The position numbers and the translations under genes are program-made. The notes under the pieces are model-generated. The model was not told the origin of the DNA. It ran no database searches and saw nothing but the letters and a program-made list of their open reading frames with translations. DNA of 56,371 nucleotides, counting the filler, from Dirinaria sp. TL-2023a (lineage: Eukaryota), in assembly GCA_051941275.1 (NCBI GenBank). It is 4 parts of 4 records of this genome, joined end to end, with 100 filler letters (N's around TTAATTAATTAA, not from the genome) between each part and the next. Parts side by side here need not be neighbours in the genome. Positions count along the whole stretch, not along the records: positions 28,258 to 42,266 come from JAVEBF010000633.1; positions 42,367 to 56,371 come from JAVEBF010000634.1; 2 more parts are not named here. The stretch is one strand, 5' to 3'. Of this stretch, positions 39,579 to 51,329 are shown piece after piece (the first letter of the stretch is position 1; each line of letters opens with the position of its first letter).

Positions 39579-42108
39579 TCATCTGCCCTCTCTAACCATT
39601 GCTCGGGCTCGCGATCTGTCCTCGGCATCGATGGTCCAGTCCCCGTCAATGCTGCTCGTTGGATCCGCCAAGGCTGTTTGCAGCTCCCCCCACTCATCAT
39701 CTTCCATGTTCATTACGAGGCAGATCTGCGTGCATCGAGTGAAGTTATCCCGCAAACTGTAGCGGCCACCTCGTACTACTACGTTTACGATACTGGCGAT
39801 GTCTCGCTCGAGCCGTACCGCGCCGACTCCGTTCAGTCGTCCATAGTAGCCCCAGATGCGTTTCTCCAGAACTTCTCCTAGGTAGGAGATGATGGTGGTA
39901 AGAAGCTTATCAAAATTACGCTCCGTCAGTATTCTCGCAATAGGTCTGGTCAGAGCATCCCAGCCTCGCTCAAACTGCCGCTGCACAACGAAGTCGATCG
40001 TATCGACTCCAGCATTCTCAATTTCTTGCTCTCGACTCAAAGCGTCCAGTTCTTCACTTGCCATTTGGTAGTCAACATCACGAAATGTATCTGCAAGGAT
40101 CGGCCGTAGGCGAGGCTTTATAACATTCTTAAAGATCACGAAAACTCCGTCGCTGATCAGTTCGGATGTCTTGGCCTGGAAACTTTCTTGCAGGGACTTG
40201 AGTGTAGTGATGACAAATACGGCGTCATGCTCGAATGGATATAGCGTTGCAATGGATGCTGGGGACGGCTCGACATCAGGCCCAAATGTAGCAGTAGTTG
40301 AGGACACCTCAATACGAGGTTGGATGATCCGTTTCACGTAATCCATAGCAACGTCAAGGCTATTGATGAGTACGAAAAAGCCGACAATAATGTGCTCGGG
40401 CGGTAGCGTACCTTGGACGGTAGCCTTGGGGTAACTCTCGTCTCTCATCTTTCTCTGAATCATACCCACAAAGTCTGACCCGAGAACTCGGGCGACAGTC
40501 GGGATCACGCTGGAGATAACTCCTCGTTGTGAAGTGGCTAATGACCTCTCCAGGATTTGGTTGACAATGTACATGACATCGTCTACCGCAGAAGTGATGT
40601 ACGGAGGATTAGATTGAATTGGCCTGGCGAGATTAAGGGACAAGCCCGGCGGTTGTTCGTCAAGCTGGAATGCCTTCTCAACTGAACGGCGAAAGAAGAA
40701 GATGGTCAAGACATTGTAGGGGGAGACAAGTCTGTCTGCGACTTTCTTGGTTAAACTTGAATTCAGAAGCAGTGACGGCGCCTTCAGAATACTAGCCTCG
40801 CTCTCCAATATCGCAGCGGACTTTTGCTAAGATCAGTCGCGTCTACCAGTGTGGTGTGATGGAGAGTTTGCACTGTACCTGGCATTTGGATGCTACAAAC
40901 CTTGAGTACAGGGACCAGCGCCCTAACATAACCCCAATCTCGCTGAGCAGTTCATCAACTTCTTGCATATTGATGCCATCATCCTCCCGTGACTGACTGT
41001 GAGCAGTCACGTTCCTAATAGCTGGTGAACTTGTCCGCGGGGTACTATCCCTGGCAGTCGCAGCTGGGAGAAAACTCTGTACAAGGAAGGTGAAGGCATA
41101 AGACTTGATATCAGTTAGACTTCGGTCAACATTCCTCTCATCGCTCCAGGTATCCAATACTATGCCACCTTGAATGTCCGCTTCTAATTGCAGACGTTCG
41201 ATGACCCGTGCCATACGTCCTGTACCGTAATGACGCTCTACGAGGGCACCATGGTGCTCTACGATCTGAGCAATATGCTCAAACAGCTTAGTCAGAGCAT
41301 CTGCATAGAAAAAGCTCTCCTTTCGCTGACGTCCACCTGTGCCTGCATTGAGGTTCACTCGTGCACGAGATGCAACGCCTTGGCAAACATATCGGCCGTA
41401 CACATCTAGGCCAACATCAGGTTTTCCAATAAGTGGAAAGAGTTTGAAGAATCGCGTGACTTTAACGCCATCTCCCTCACGAGCTGCCTCCTCGAACTCT
41501 CGGAGGAACAGCACACGCAGTGATTCTGCAGCGTGATCCAACGTCACTTTGGGAGGGTCTGGAACTTCAGCTGTGGGGACAATCTCTTCTGCGAAGGGAC
41601 CGTTTACAATCTCATCTGGTATTTTCGCCGCTCGACTCAGGTAGCTGGCGGCCGTTTCCCAATCTTGCGCGGCTCCCATAGATCCAGTGACTCCCAGGAC
41701 GCATGCCTTGAGTTCAGCAACTTGCTCGACTACGTTCAAAGTGCTTTTGACTCTAATTTGCTCTAGGTCCAGCCTCTGCACTGCTTCGCAGATGTTGAGC
41801 GCTGTCAAAGATGCACCAGAGAGCATGCCGTGACTGATAGATCTTGTTGCGACTGCATACGAGCCCAAATTAGCTCGTAAAAGATCCAGTCTGCCAAGTT
41901 CTCGGAGAAGGTCCTTCGGCGATGCTATCAGAGCATTTCGCCGAGCTGTCACAGCGGATTCCTGATCCGAGAGGCTGACCAGAGCCGCTCTGATGCCACT
42001 GGTTGAGACCGCTTGGCTAATTGTGCTGTTAGCGTGCTTATCTCCATCATTTTTTTGCGAAGGGTCGTTCGGCTTCTCTGCTGAGCCTTTGGCTGTTTGG
42101 AGAATCAT
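39579..42108 (-). CDS. COG4: Conserved oligomeric Golgi complex subunit 4
   Basis: Exons 42108-40879 and 40826-39579. Motifs QVAELKACVLGV..AAQDWETAA, TRFFKLFPLIG, FFFRRSVEKAFQLDE, ITSAVDDVMYI and GAVRLERDI. Confidence 0.93.
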
Positions 42109-42266
42109 ATCATGTAGATTGTTTGGCGATTAAGAAACTTGCTTTCACTGATGTCTGATTTTTGTGCATACCCTACAGGCGAAAGGCGTGAACTACTTCG
42201 AGGTGAGTTACTAGCTACATGTATGGGCCGAGGGGAGGGAAGGGAGGGTAAGGTACATGTAGGTAA

Positions 42267-42366
42267 NNNNNNNNNNNNNNNNNNNNNNNNNNNNNNNNNN
42301 NNNNNNNNNNTTAATTAATTAANNNNNNNNNNNNNNNNNNNNNNNNNNNNNNNNNNNNNNNNNNNN
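42267..42366. other. Artificial contig linker (N44-TTAATTAATTAA-N44)
   Basis: Same 100-nt spacer as at 14040 and 28158. Confidence 0.98.
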
Positions 42367-43484
42367 GAATGGGAAAGGGGGGGCGAAGGGGGAAGAGAAT
42401 GGAAATTGATCCATCGTTCCTCAGTTCCTTGACGGTTAGTCTGACCCAGGCGGTGTAGCACAAGCTAGGTGCTAGGTACAGTAAGTACATTACCTATGGG
42501 CAAACGGGTGCGAATAATAACAAGGCGATTGTTGGGCACAGCACTGGCTACGGATGGGGAAACGCGAGGAATTGGTTTGTGATGCGCTGGCCCGTGCCGT
42601 TTGTTAGAGGCAAGACACACCTTGACGACAATAGCGTGTGGAAAAAAGGGAAAAGGCGAGGAAGGATGCAGCATCGAGGGAGGAGCCGGTGCGGGAAATG
42701 CAGAAGGGGAGCAACGACTACTTTTAGCAATATGACATCTCAGATGTCGAGGAGACGGCGCTAGGGTTTTGACTTTGGGACTCATGGTTGGAGGTCGAGA
42801 GGGAGGAGGTTGTAGGGTATGAAGGGTCAGGTATGAAACCAGGTTCGCTCGGGTTACACAACAACGTCTTTTTCGTCGGCGGGTTTCTCATTGGCCCCAA
42901 GCAATCGGTCTCAAGTAGGAGTCGGCAGGAAGTAGTGGAGAGGGAGAAAAAAAGTGGGCAGGTTGACGTGCCACACCGGTGGGTGAGGGAGAGAAATGGG
43001 GCACGTCGTTGGAAGAGAGGAATTTCAAAAGAGCGGTCAATAATCAACGCCCGCTTGTTCTTTTTCTTCCGGCCCCGCAGCAAGACGCTACCTTAGTCCG
43101 GTTCTAATGCAGGCTATCCAACGCATCGGGCATCAATCATTTACCTTAATTCTGATTCTTTGCAGACCAGAATATTATCAGGCGTGTTTCATTGGCCCGG
43201 CGTCCTGGCCTTTTTCGAAACTGCGTGTCGGCGTGTGGCGTTTGAAGTTGCGTGTGTGGTTTGGACATGATCATTCTCTGAGCCACCAAGAGACGAGTTT
43301 ATCCCTCGGCTCTTCTTCGGCAGCCGCCTGGCTCCGTGGCTCGTCCGCTCTTGCCGACGCCCGAAGCCGCTAGGCCGCTCCGCTGCGCTCTTCTCGGCTC
43401 TCTCCACCCATGGTCCATTCAGAATTCTTGGCACCAACATCCCAAAACCTGCATTTTGCAGAATCGCCCCTCAGCAGGAGCAGG

Positions 43485-44474
43485 ATGAAGTCTGCCCGTG
43501 ATATACCCCTCATCATCACCTCCGCTGCTTCCTCTTCTGAGCGTCGCATAACGCCTTCTTGGACCGTTGCTCAGCTGAAATCCAAACTCGAGCCCCTGAC
43601 AGGGATTCCCCCAGCATCTCAAAGGCTCGTGCTTCGGACGTCAGATCAAGCGGAACAGGTCATTGAAGCCGGAAACGAAGACGAGGTTCAGATTTGGCGC
43701 TGGCCCTTGACCGGCTATGCGGAGATCCATGTATGTCCTATTTCAGGCATTCTCGAATAGCGAGGCTTGGCACGAGTTGCATGAAGAATTTGATATCTGA
43801 GTCCTTGGCTTGCACAAATGTTCATCTACGATATTAAAACCGGTCAGAATAGGTCGTGGTCGACCTCCTGATTTGGACAAGCGGGCGAGAGCTGAAAATC
43901 CGAACCTTATAGGTGACGACTCTCGATCCTCAAGCCCCAAACCTCATCCCCTCCGAAACCTCTGCAGTACCTAAATATACTATGCCAGTAGAGACCTACT
44001 CTGCACTCCCCAATACAGTACTTGCATACAAAAAGACGCACAATATCGGACGGTTCGACCCCAACGGGCCAGAGATCCATCAGAAAAAGGTCCAACAAGC
44101 GTGGAAGGATATTGGCGATAGAAGCAAGTAGTTCTCTTTGCCATCAGACTCCCGTGAGACGTCCGTTGGTACACGCTAACCTTAGATGTGCAGAGATCAC
44201 CGTAGACTCAAGGTGCAGGATTGGAGGCTCAGATGCTAGACGTGGCACAATAGCCTATATAGGAAATGTCCCTGAGATCCCCGGCACAGGGCCTTGGATT
44301 GGAGTGAGACTTGATGAGCCTGTAGGGAAGAACGATGGAAGCGCTGATGGTAAGAAATACTTCGAGTGCAGCCCAAACACTGGCCTTTTCGTTCGAACGG
44401 AAAGGATCGAGGTTGGTGACTTTGCACCACTCGGACTTGAAAATGAGTTAGGTAGCGACATGGAAGAAATCTAA
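43485..44474 (+). CDS. ALF1: Tubulin-folding cofactor B (ubiquitin-like + CAP-Gly; Alf1/Alp11)
   Basis: Exons 43485-43730, 43913-44123 and 44194-44474; the second intron is GC-AG. Motifs SERRITPSWTVAQLKSKLEPLTGIPP, KYTMPVETY..VLAYKK..GRFD and CAP-Gly WIGVRLDEPVGKNDGS. Confidence 0.92.
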
Positions 44475-45520
44475 AAATGGGACTAGTGGATATGTGTGTT
44501 CCATGCTAACTTTTCTTCACCTGAAACACCCGATACAGACGAATTCAGAATCTCAGATGATGTCGCGTTGCCAGGTCGTCCAGTCAAAATTTATTCTCCA
44601 TTCAAGATGAGACTGGGAAAGGCCGTGACTGGGTTACCACGGAGGTCCGAAGCCTCGGTGTTTTAGGTACAGATCAAAAGATCAGAACGATCGATTGATA
44701 GGTGCTTCTTGCATGCATCAGGCTAAGGAGTCTGCAAGACCAGCCTGGCAGCTGATCGCAATAATCCACCTCGACCTCGCTCAGATTGTCCCAATTTTTT
44801 TTATATGTATCGACGAATAGCCGGCACCCAAGTATTCGCTATGACGGCGCAGAAGTTTTCTGGGTTGAATTTGTTAAACAGAGCCAATAACGGAATGGCG
44901 ACAAGGACAAGGATGCTTGCTTGATCATGAAATGGGCAGGAATAGAGCTGTCACTTTGCTCTTCGGACAATATCCTGTAATGTGTGTTCGCAAATCTGAA
45001 CACCCTTTCCAATTCTGCAAGTGGTGATAATTTATTTCTTTTGTTTGTGATCACGAGTGAGAGCTTATACGTTACGTCTTATTCTATAAAAATGTGCCGC
45101 GTCAGAATCGTTTGAAGAAAAATGAAAGAATATGCGTATCTGGTAGAGCAAAGGTAGCAAGAGAAGCCATTTTGAGCAGGCGATCTCTATATCGTCTCGC
45201 CAGGCGATAAGGAACGTTATGAGAGCAGGAAAAAAAATTACTGCTTTTGATATAGAGGCTAACATAAACTTTCTGCGCTTTTATAAATCTTTCTCCTAGC
45301 CTTTAGTAGGACCAAATATACAGTATAAAGAACCTCTCGAAAGACTCGGCATCCGGATCATGAAATTATATCATAGCATCAAGGCTTCTTTAACGATAGT
45401 AGTAGTGTAATTTTTTTTTTTTTTTTTTTTTTTTTCCCCTTTCAATTTTCTGGGGGGACTTTTTGGAATTCCAGTGATTCTCCTTAGAAAAGCGGGCCCG
45501 GGGCTCGGGCCGAAATGTGC

Positions 45521-45666
45521 GTTCTGGCTAGTGTTATCGGCGCAGGGCCAGCTGAGGCTCGCCTTGAGGGCTACCCGAGACGATCACCCGGACGGGAAAC
45601 TTGGTGCCTATAGTGCACCTGAAGCCACCTGGACGTCCTAGTATAGACACATATCGCTCTGCCGAG
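45521..45666 (+). repeat. Diverged relative of the 13190-13404 MITE-like element
   Basis: Four colinear blocks shared with the contig 1 element: CTGGCTAG(T/C)G, ATCACCCG(G/A)ACG, CTG(A/C)AGCCACC(TG/CA)GACG and CGTC(C/T)TAG(T/C)ATA. Confidence 0.45.
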
Positions 45667-46458
45667 GACGTACCACCCGTATACGCGTACTATGTTATAA
45701 AAGCAATAGAGTAATGGAATTTCCCACTTTTTATAGTATTTAATGACAGATATCAACAATATTATCATGGAATCGAGTTTGATATCGTCCGATTGGAGAG
45801 AAATAGCTGTAGCTCAGATTTCGATTAGTATTTCAGTTATAGAACTTGGTTCATCTGGTATTGGGATTGGTTAGATATTAATAGAATTCGATAAGGTGTT
45901 TATAAATTTAACGCTTCTATTCGCACAAAGATATGATAGCTTGAGATATATTGGATTGAACAGTGAAGTTGAATCTTTTGCGTGAAGTCGAGCCACAAAG
46001 TGGCGCAACGATAAGATGAATGTCTTGGCAGTCCTTACACGCTCTTCAGTACCTACGCGAATACTTTCTTGCAATAATCATTTCGTTGCTTTCATCGAGT
46101 CTCAGGACTCGGACTTGCTGTTCGCGTCACGATCACAAAAATTCAGGTTCAAAGATCGTGCACTATTGAAGTAAGTATTCACTCAGAAGAGCTTTTACTT
46201 ATGTCTAATTCACGCGTCTTCGAACTTCTTCTAATCTTTGCGCCTCGTTCTACTTTCACGATCTCGATAACTGACATATATCTATTAGTCTCTCCTCGAC
46301 TACTGAACATGGACCGTCGACGCCCTGTTGCGCTACCCTATAAAGCTTCAGTCGCACCACAGACTATATTTGCAAAAATTCGAAATGAAGATACTTTAAG
46401 CGTACTGGAATGCCTGGACTTTGATACTCGATCTCGATGAGAATGTCGGTTTCTCGAG

Positions 46459-48543
46459 ATGGCTTCTTCTACTATGAGCCTTAAAACCACCACCACTATT
46501 TCGCCAGATCCTGAAGCGAGGCTGTCTTCGCTTCTGCGGCGGCGGGAGCTTGGCTTGGAAAACGATAGCCGATTTACACAACAAAAGTTGAGATATAGAT
46601 CCATCGACAATCTTGCGCCGATAAGATCATGGAAAGGCGCATCTGGCGACATCGTCTCTGCGACTTGGAGTGCGGACTCTCAGTCTTACGCGTTAGGAGC
46701 TACAGCGACGTCGAATGTAGAAGATCTCCAATACAATCGCCCTCACAATCTACTCTTCGGGAACATCAGAGATAATAGTCTACGAGAGCTCGTGGATCAT
46801 CGTATTCCTAGGCCCCGACCAGATACAATTCCTAGTGGGCCCAATTCTTCAGAAGCAGTCTATGATACCTGCGATCCTATGATCTACAAAACTGTTGAGG
46901 ATGTGCGATTTTCTCCAACAGGACAAACACTATATTCTGCAAGCCACGATTCTACTGTAAAGGTGTGGGATAGCGACAATGATAAGGGAATACCAATCTG
47001 CACCAGTACTCTCATGCACGATGCGAATGTCACAGCGCTAGAAGTCTCGAAATTTTTTCCAAACACATTTGTTACCGCCTCTCATAACGTGAAAGATTCC
47101 ATTAGAGTTTACACCAAACAGTCAGAAGGATATATACATGTAACCTTCGAATCAGAACGAGCGCATGCCAAGCCGCAGCATGATATTCTCCCTGCATGCA
47201 TTCGATGGGGACTCGTACCGACAAACCAGCATCTCATGCTAGCTGGTTTCTTACGTTGGGGTGAACTACCTAATCATGACCCCGGACGGGAAGGTGACCT
47301 GTGTTTGTGGAACGTCGCGACCGGTGATAAGCTAAAGGTGGTTCCTTCTGCTCACAGCATATACACCGCGGCTTTCCATCCATTTTTAGACGCCTTTTCG
47401 ACAGGTGGGGCTGCTGGTATTAGGCTAACACATCGGCACACGACTCGAAGCGTCGTGCGAACCTGGGACAGACGGATGGCTTCCATGAGTTACGAATGCG
47501 AATGTCCTGCTCTGGATATGCAGGACTTGGTTTTTCATCCTCAGGAATCAAACATTCTCGCCGTAGGCTGCACAGACGGGTCAACGTATGTCTGGGATGT
47601 TCGAAAAGCGAATCATATACTTCATCGTTTGGAACATGGGGACCCAATCGCTGACTGGGATCAAAAATATGCCCAAACCCCCACCACACGCGAACAAGGC
47701 GATGGCGGCGTTAATATGACGCTTTGGGGTACTGGAAGGCATAATCTGTATACCGGCGCTACCGACGGCATGGTTAAGTGTTGGAATATCAACCGAGCTC
47801 CTGAAGATGCTTTCATCCGAAACGTTGCTCAGCTGCCTGCTGGGGTGTCATGCGGCTCTTTCTCCCCTGACTTCGTCACCCTGCTCGTTGGTGATTCTAC
47901 CGGTGGCGTATATCTATTGTCCTCCGATGCGGGAGGTGAATACCATTTTGATGATCACTCCGACAGCGCAGACGTGAGCACACAGAAGATAAAATTTATT
48001 CCAGCACCATGCGATGATTCGACTTACCCAACGGAGCAGCTTGGGTTAGGGCAACGCACAGCACGTGAGATGATCCGAAGCGGGCAGCTTATCATAGATC
48101 CAGAATTCGGAGTCGGGCAAGGACCAGCTTATGCTGGACCATATGCGAAATATGCGTATAAAGAGGGATCTACACGCCTTATGCGGGAGTATGAAAAGAG
48201 ACAGCCGGTCTCGAGGAAGGGACGGGTCCGTAACAATGCAGCAGCCCGGAACATCAAGGCCATGCTGGCAAGACGTCGCGAAGAGCTTGGATCGACTGAA
48301 GAGGATCCAGACATCATTGATCTGACTAGCGATATCGAAAATGATCCAATCGCGGCAAGGGTCGAGCTTATTGATTTGACTAGCGATACAGAAAAGGATC
48401 TGGTGGAGGAGAAGGAAAAGAGGGTCGACAGGAACGTTGTAGATGGGGAGGTTTGGGATGATGGTCCGATGGAAGATGATTATTGGTTCCCATACATGGA
48501 CCATGAGACTTTGCTGAGGTTGAAGGGCCAATACCCGTTCTAG
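46459..48543 (+). CDS. WD40 DDB1/Rik1-associated factor, Raf1/Dos1/Clr8 (DIM-9)-like
   Basis: 694-aa ORF with WD40 repeats (SASHDSTVKVWD, TGATDGMVKCWN) and two WDxR motifs (RTWDRR, YVWDVR). WKGASGDI and QYNRPHNLL recall the Raf1-like family. The true 5' end is uncertain. Confidence 0.75.
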   Translation: MASSTMSLKTTTTISPDPEARLSSLLRRRELGLENDSRFTQQKLRYRSIDNLAPIRSWKGASGDIVSATWSADSQSYALGATATSNVEDLQYNRPHNLLFGNIRDNSLRELVDHRIPRPRPDTIPSGPNSSEAVYDTCDPMIYKTVEDVRFSPTGQTLYSASHDSTVKVWDSDNDKGIPICTSTLMHDANVTALEVSKFFPNTFVTASHNVKDSIRVYTKQSEGYIHVTFESERAHAKPQHDILPACIRWGLVPTNQHLMLAGFLRWGELPNHDPGREGDLCLWNVATGDKLKVVPSAHSIYTAAFHPFLDAFSTGGAAGIRLTHRHTTRSVVRTWDRRMASMSYECECPALDMQDLVFHPQESNILAVGCTDGSTYVWDVRKANHILHRLEHGDPIADWDQKYAQTPTTREQGDGGVNMTLWGTGRHNLYTGATDGMVKCWNINRAPEDAFIRNVAQLPAGVSCGSFSPDFVTLLVGDSTGGVYLLSSDAGGEYHFDDHSDSADVSTQKIKFIPAPCDDSTYPTEQLGLGQRTAREMIRSGQLIIDPEFGVGQGPAYAGPYAKYAYKEGSTRLMREYEKRQPVSRKGRVRNNAAARNIKAMLARRREELGSTEEDPDIIDLTSDIENDPIAARVELIDLTSDTEKDLVEEKEKRVDRNVVDGEVWDDGPMEDDYWFPYMDHETLLRLKGQYPF

Positions 48544-48922
48544 CATTCGACTTCTTTCAGGCAAGGCCAAGCGAAATGCTTTCGATGATTTCACATGTCG
48601 CTGATGGCGGATGATCTTCGCAAGGATGGGATACCGGAGATTACCCGCCCTCGGCCTCCCTCTCGCTTAACCTCCCGAACCGAGGCTCATTCATCTCAGG
48701 ATCAGCTCAGCTTGAACCTCTCAGTTCGTAAGTCGCCACGCTCGAAGCTCTCAGAGCATGGAACACTGCGAGTTACACATGAGTATTTGGTGTCAGCAGA
48801 TGCAAGCGATGAGCTAGTAAGATTTGTCGTGCACGGGACTATGGACTTGAACTGACTGCCTTAGACATACCTTGATCTTTCTGAGCCTCTCTCCATTTCG
48901 CCTGCAGGGGGAGTCCCATAGG

Positions 48923-51329
48923 ATGGCGTTCCTTGACCGTGCGAAGGAGATATCTGCTCCCCCTCCTGTGGGATCTCCACACTCGGTACCTGTGCCAAAG
49001 TCTGAAGTGCCTGGTCGAAGCGCAGTATACCGTCATTGGAGGTGTCAAGATGAACTTCTCCAGACCCTGGATCCTAACGTAAGTCAAGATACAGAGAAGC
49101 ACGATGTAATGTCAAGGAGCATGGAATTAATGTTGTGGCCAGATTACTACGGCACACCACATGTTCGAAGATGCAGGTAGGCGCAGCTGAACCGAAGTTG
49201 TACCCCTGTGCTAAATCATCTCTAGCGAATCGAAACCCTACGAACAAGTGCCTCGGGTCGCGACTGTATGATGCTGTCAAGAAGGACTATGGACCTTACA
49301 AATGGATAAACTATAGCACTGTGCAAAAACGAAGGGCTCATCTTGGTGTTGGTATTGTGGAGGCAAACAAGAGGGCTGGTGTTGATCAGCAAAAGTACGG
49401 AATAGGCCTGTGGTGCCAAAATAGGCCGGAATGGCAATTGACCGGTAAACCGTGCTCTTCCATGGGTGAATGAATTGGCTGACCATGCCTTAGATCTAGC
49501 GTGCATGTCCCAGGCTTTATACACTGTTTCCTTGTACGACACTCTGGGTCCTACAGCCGTCGAATACATTATCAACCATGCCCAGCTACCATGCATTGCT
49601 ACATCCCTTCCTCATATTCCAACACTCCTGAGATTGAAACCCAAATTATCATGCTTGAAAGTCATCATCTCGTTGGATACGCTGGACGACGGCGAGAAGC
49701 CGGGCCACTCTAAATATGATCTGCTTAAGGCTATAGCATCGGATGTTGGTGTTGATATATACTCGATACAGCAGGTAGAAGCCTTAGGAGAGTCCTTTGG
49801 TAGTCCTGTTTACCACGTCCCAGGTCCATCCGACCCAATTACCATCAACTACACCTCTGGCACCACTGGTAGGATGCTCCCTTTGCAAGCAGGGTATCCT
49901 TCGAGGCTAATTACAAGACCAGGCCCTCCTAAAGGTGTTGTACTGACCCACTCCGCCGCCGTAGCAGCAACCTCAAGCGGCCTCACCATTATGCCAAGTA
50001 GCGGTTCCGATATTATTATTTCCTACCTTCCGCTAGCTCATATATACGAAAGGGTAGCTGAACAAGGCGCTCTTTGGAGCGGCGCCGCCATTGGGTATTT
50101 CCATGGTGACGTGCTTGCTTTGGTGGACGACATGAAGCTCCTCCGGCCCACAGGCTTTATTTCTGTCCCGAGGCTCTACAACCGCTTCGGCGGCGCTATT
50201 CGTGCAGCCACAACCGATCAGCCAGGTATCAAAGGTGCTTTGGCAAGGCATGTGGTATCGACCAAGACAGCTTCTCTTCAGCAACCAGACTCGCCCACTG
50301 CAACAAACAGACATGCTTTGTATGATCGCATCTGGGGCCGAAAAGTCGCTGCAGCACTCGGTTTGGACCGAGCCAAGAATATGGTGTCCGGCTCTGCGCC
50401 TCTTGATCCTTCCCTTCAGACTTTTCTCAGGACCGTCCTAGGAAATCGCTTCGTCCAAGGTTATGGCTTGACTGAGACTTATGCTACCAGCCTGGCGCAG
50501 CTGACTGACGACTACACCACTGGCAGTTGCGGTGCCGTAACGCCAAGTAACGAAGTGTGCCTTGCCAGCGTGCCAGATATGGAATATCTTGTGACGGACC
50601 AGCCTCAGCCACGAGGGGAGTTGCTAGTGAGAGGCTATACGATGTTCTCCGGGTATTACAAGAACGAGGAAGACACCAAAAAATGCATGCTTCCTGATGG
50701 CTGGTTCCGCACGGGCGACATCGCCACCGTCGACTCTCGGGGCCGATTCAAGATCATTGACCGGATCAAGAACGTGCTGAAGCTGGCGCAGGGAGAGTAC
50801 ATCTCGCCGGAGCGCATCGAGAACGTCTACCTGTCTCACTTAAGCTTCCTCTCACAAGCGTACGTGCATGGCGACTCAGCGCAGGATTTCCTCGTCGCAC
50901 TCTTCGGCGTGTTACCGGAAATGTTTGCACCATTCGCGAGCAACGTCCTGGGTCGCAGCATCTCCGCGACGGACTTGCAGGCGATTGTAGCTGCTTGCAA
51001 GGATGCGAAAGTTCGAGCGGCCGTGGTCAAGGAGCTGGACAAGGTAGGGAAGAAGAACAAATTCGCGGGCTATGAGCGGGTGAGGAACTGCTACCTCTAC
51101 TTTGAACCGTTCACGATCGATAACGATCTCTTGACTCCGACGTAAGCTAAGCCCAGCCCCCTCTTGCTTCCAACATCCGTTGACCTCTCTTTTCTAATTG
51201 CGGCGCAAACGCAGGCTCAAACTCAAGAGACCGCAATGCGCGAAGAAATTCCGGAAGGAGCTCGATGAACTGTACGCCGAAACGTTGGCGGCGGGTGGCA
51301 GAGGAGGTAGCGTCAGAGCGAAACTATAG
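48923..51329 (+). CDS. Peroxisomal long-chain fatty acyl-CoA synthetase (Faa2/LACS7-like)
   Basis: Exons 48923-49078, 49143-49176, 49226-49444, 49494-49868, 49923-51141 and 51215-51329. AMP-binding YTSGTTG-PPKG, YLPLAHIYER, QGYGLTE, GWFRTGDI and IIDRIKNVLKLAQGEYISPE; C-terminal AKL is a PTS1. Confidence 0.93.

Noticed and set aside
42367..43100. Minus-strand gene start truncated at the contig edge
   Set aside because: A plausible intron (..ACTAAC..AAG) and an ATG near 42415 exist, but too little coding sequence remains to call.
49088..49099. GATACAGAGAAG matching the U6 snRNA ACAGAGA region
   Set aside because: Only a 12-nt match inside a 64-nt intron; the flanking U6 sequence is absent.
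33078..51329. Stop-codon reassignment suggested by several in-frame stops
   Set aside because: TAF1, COG4, TGS1, ALF1 and the acyl-CoA synthetase have no internal stops once spliced, and they end normally in TAG, TGA or TAA.
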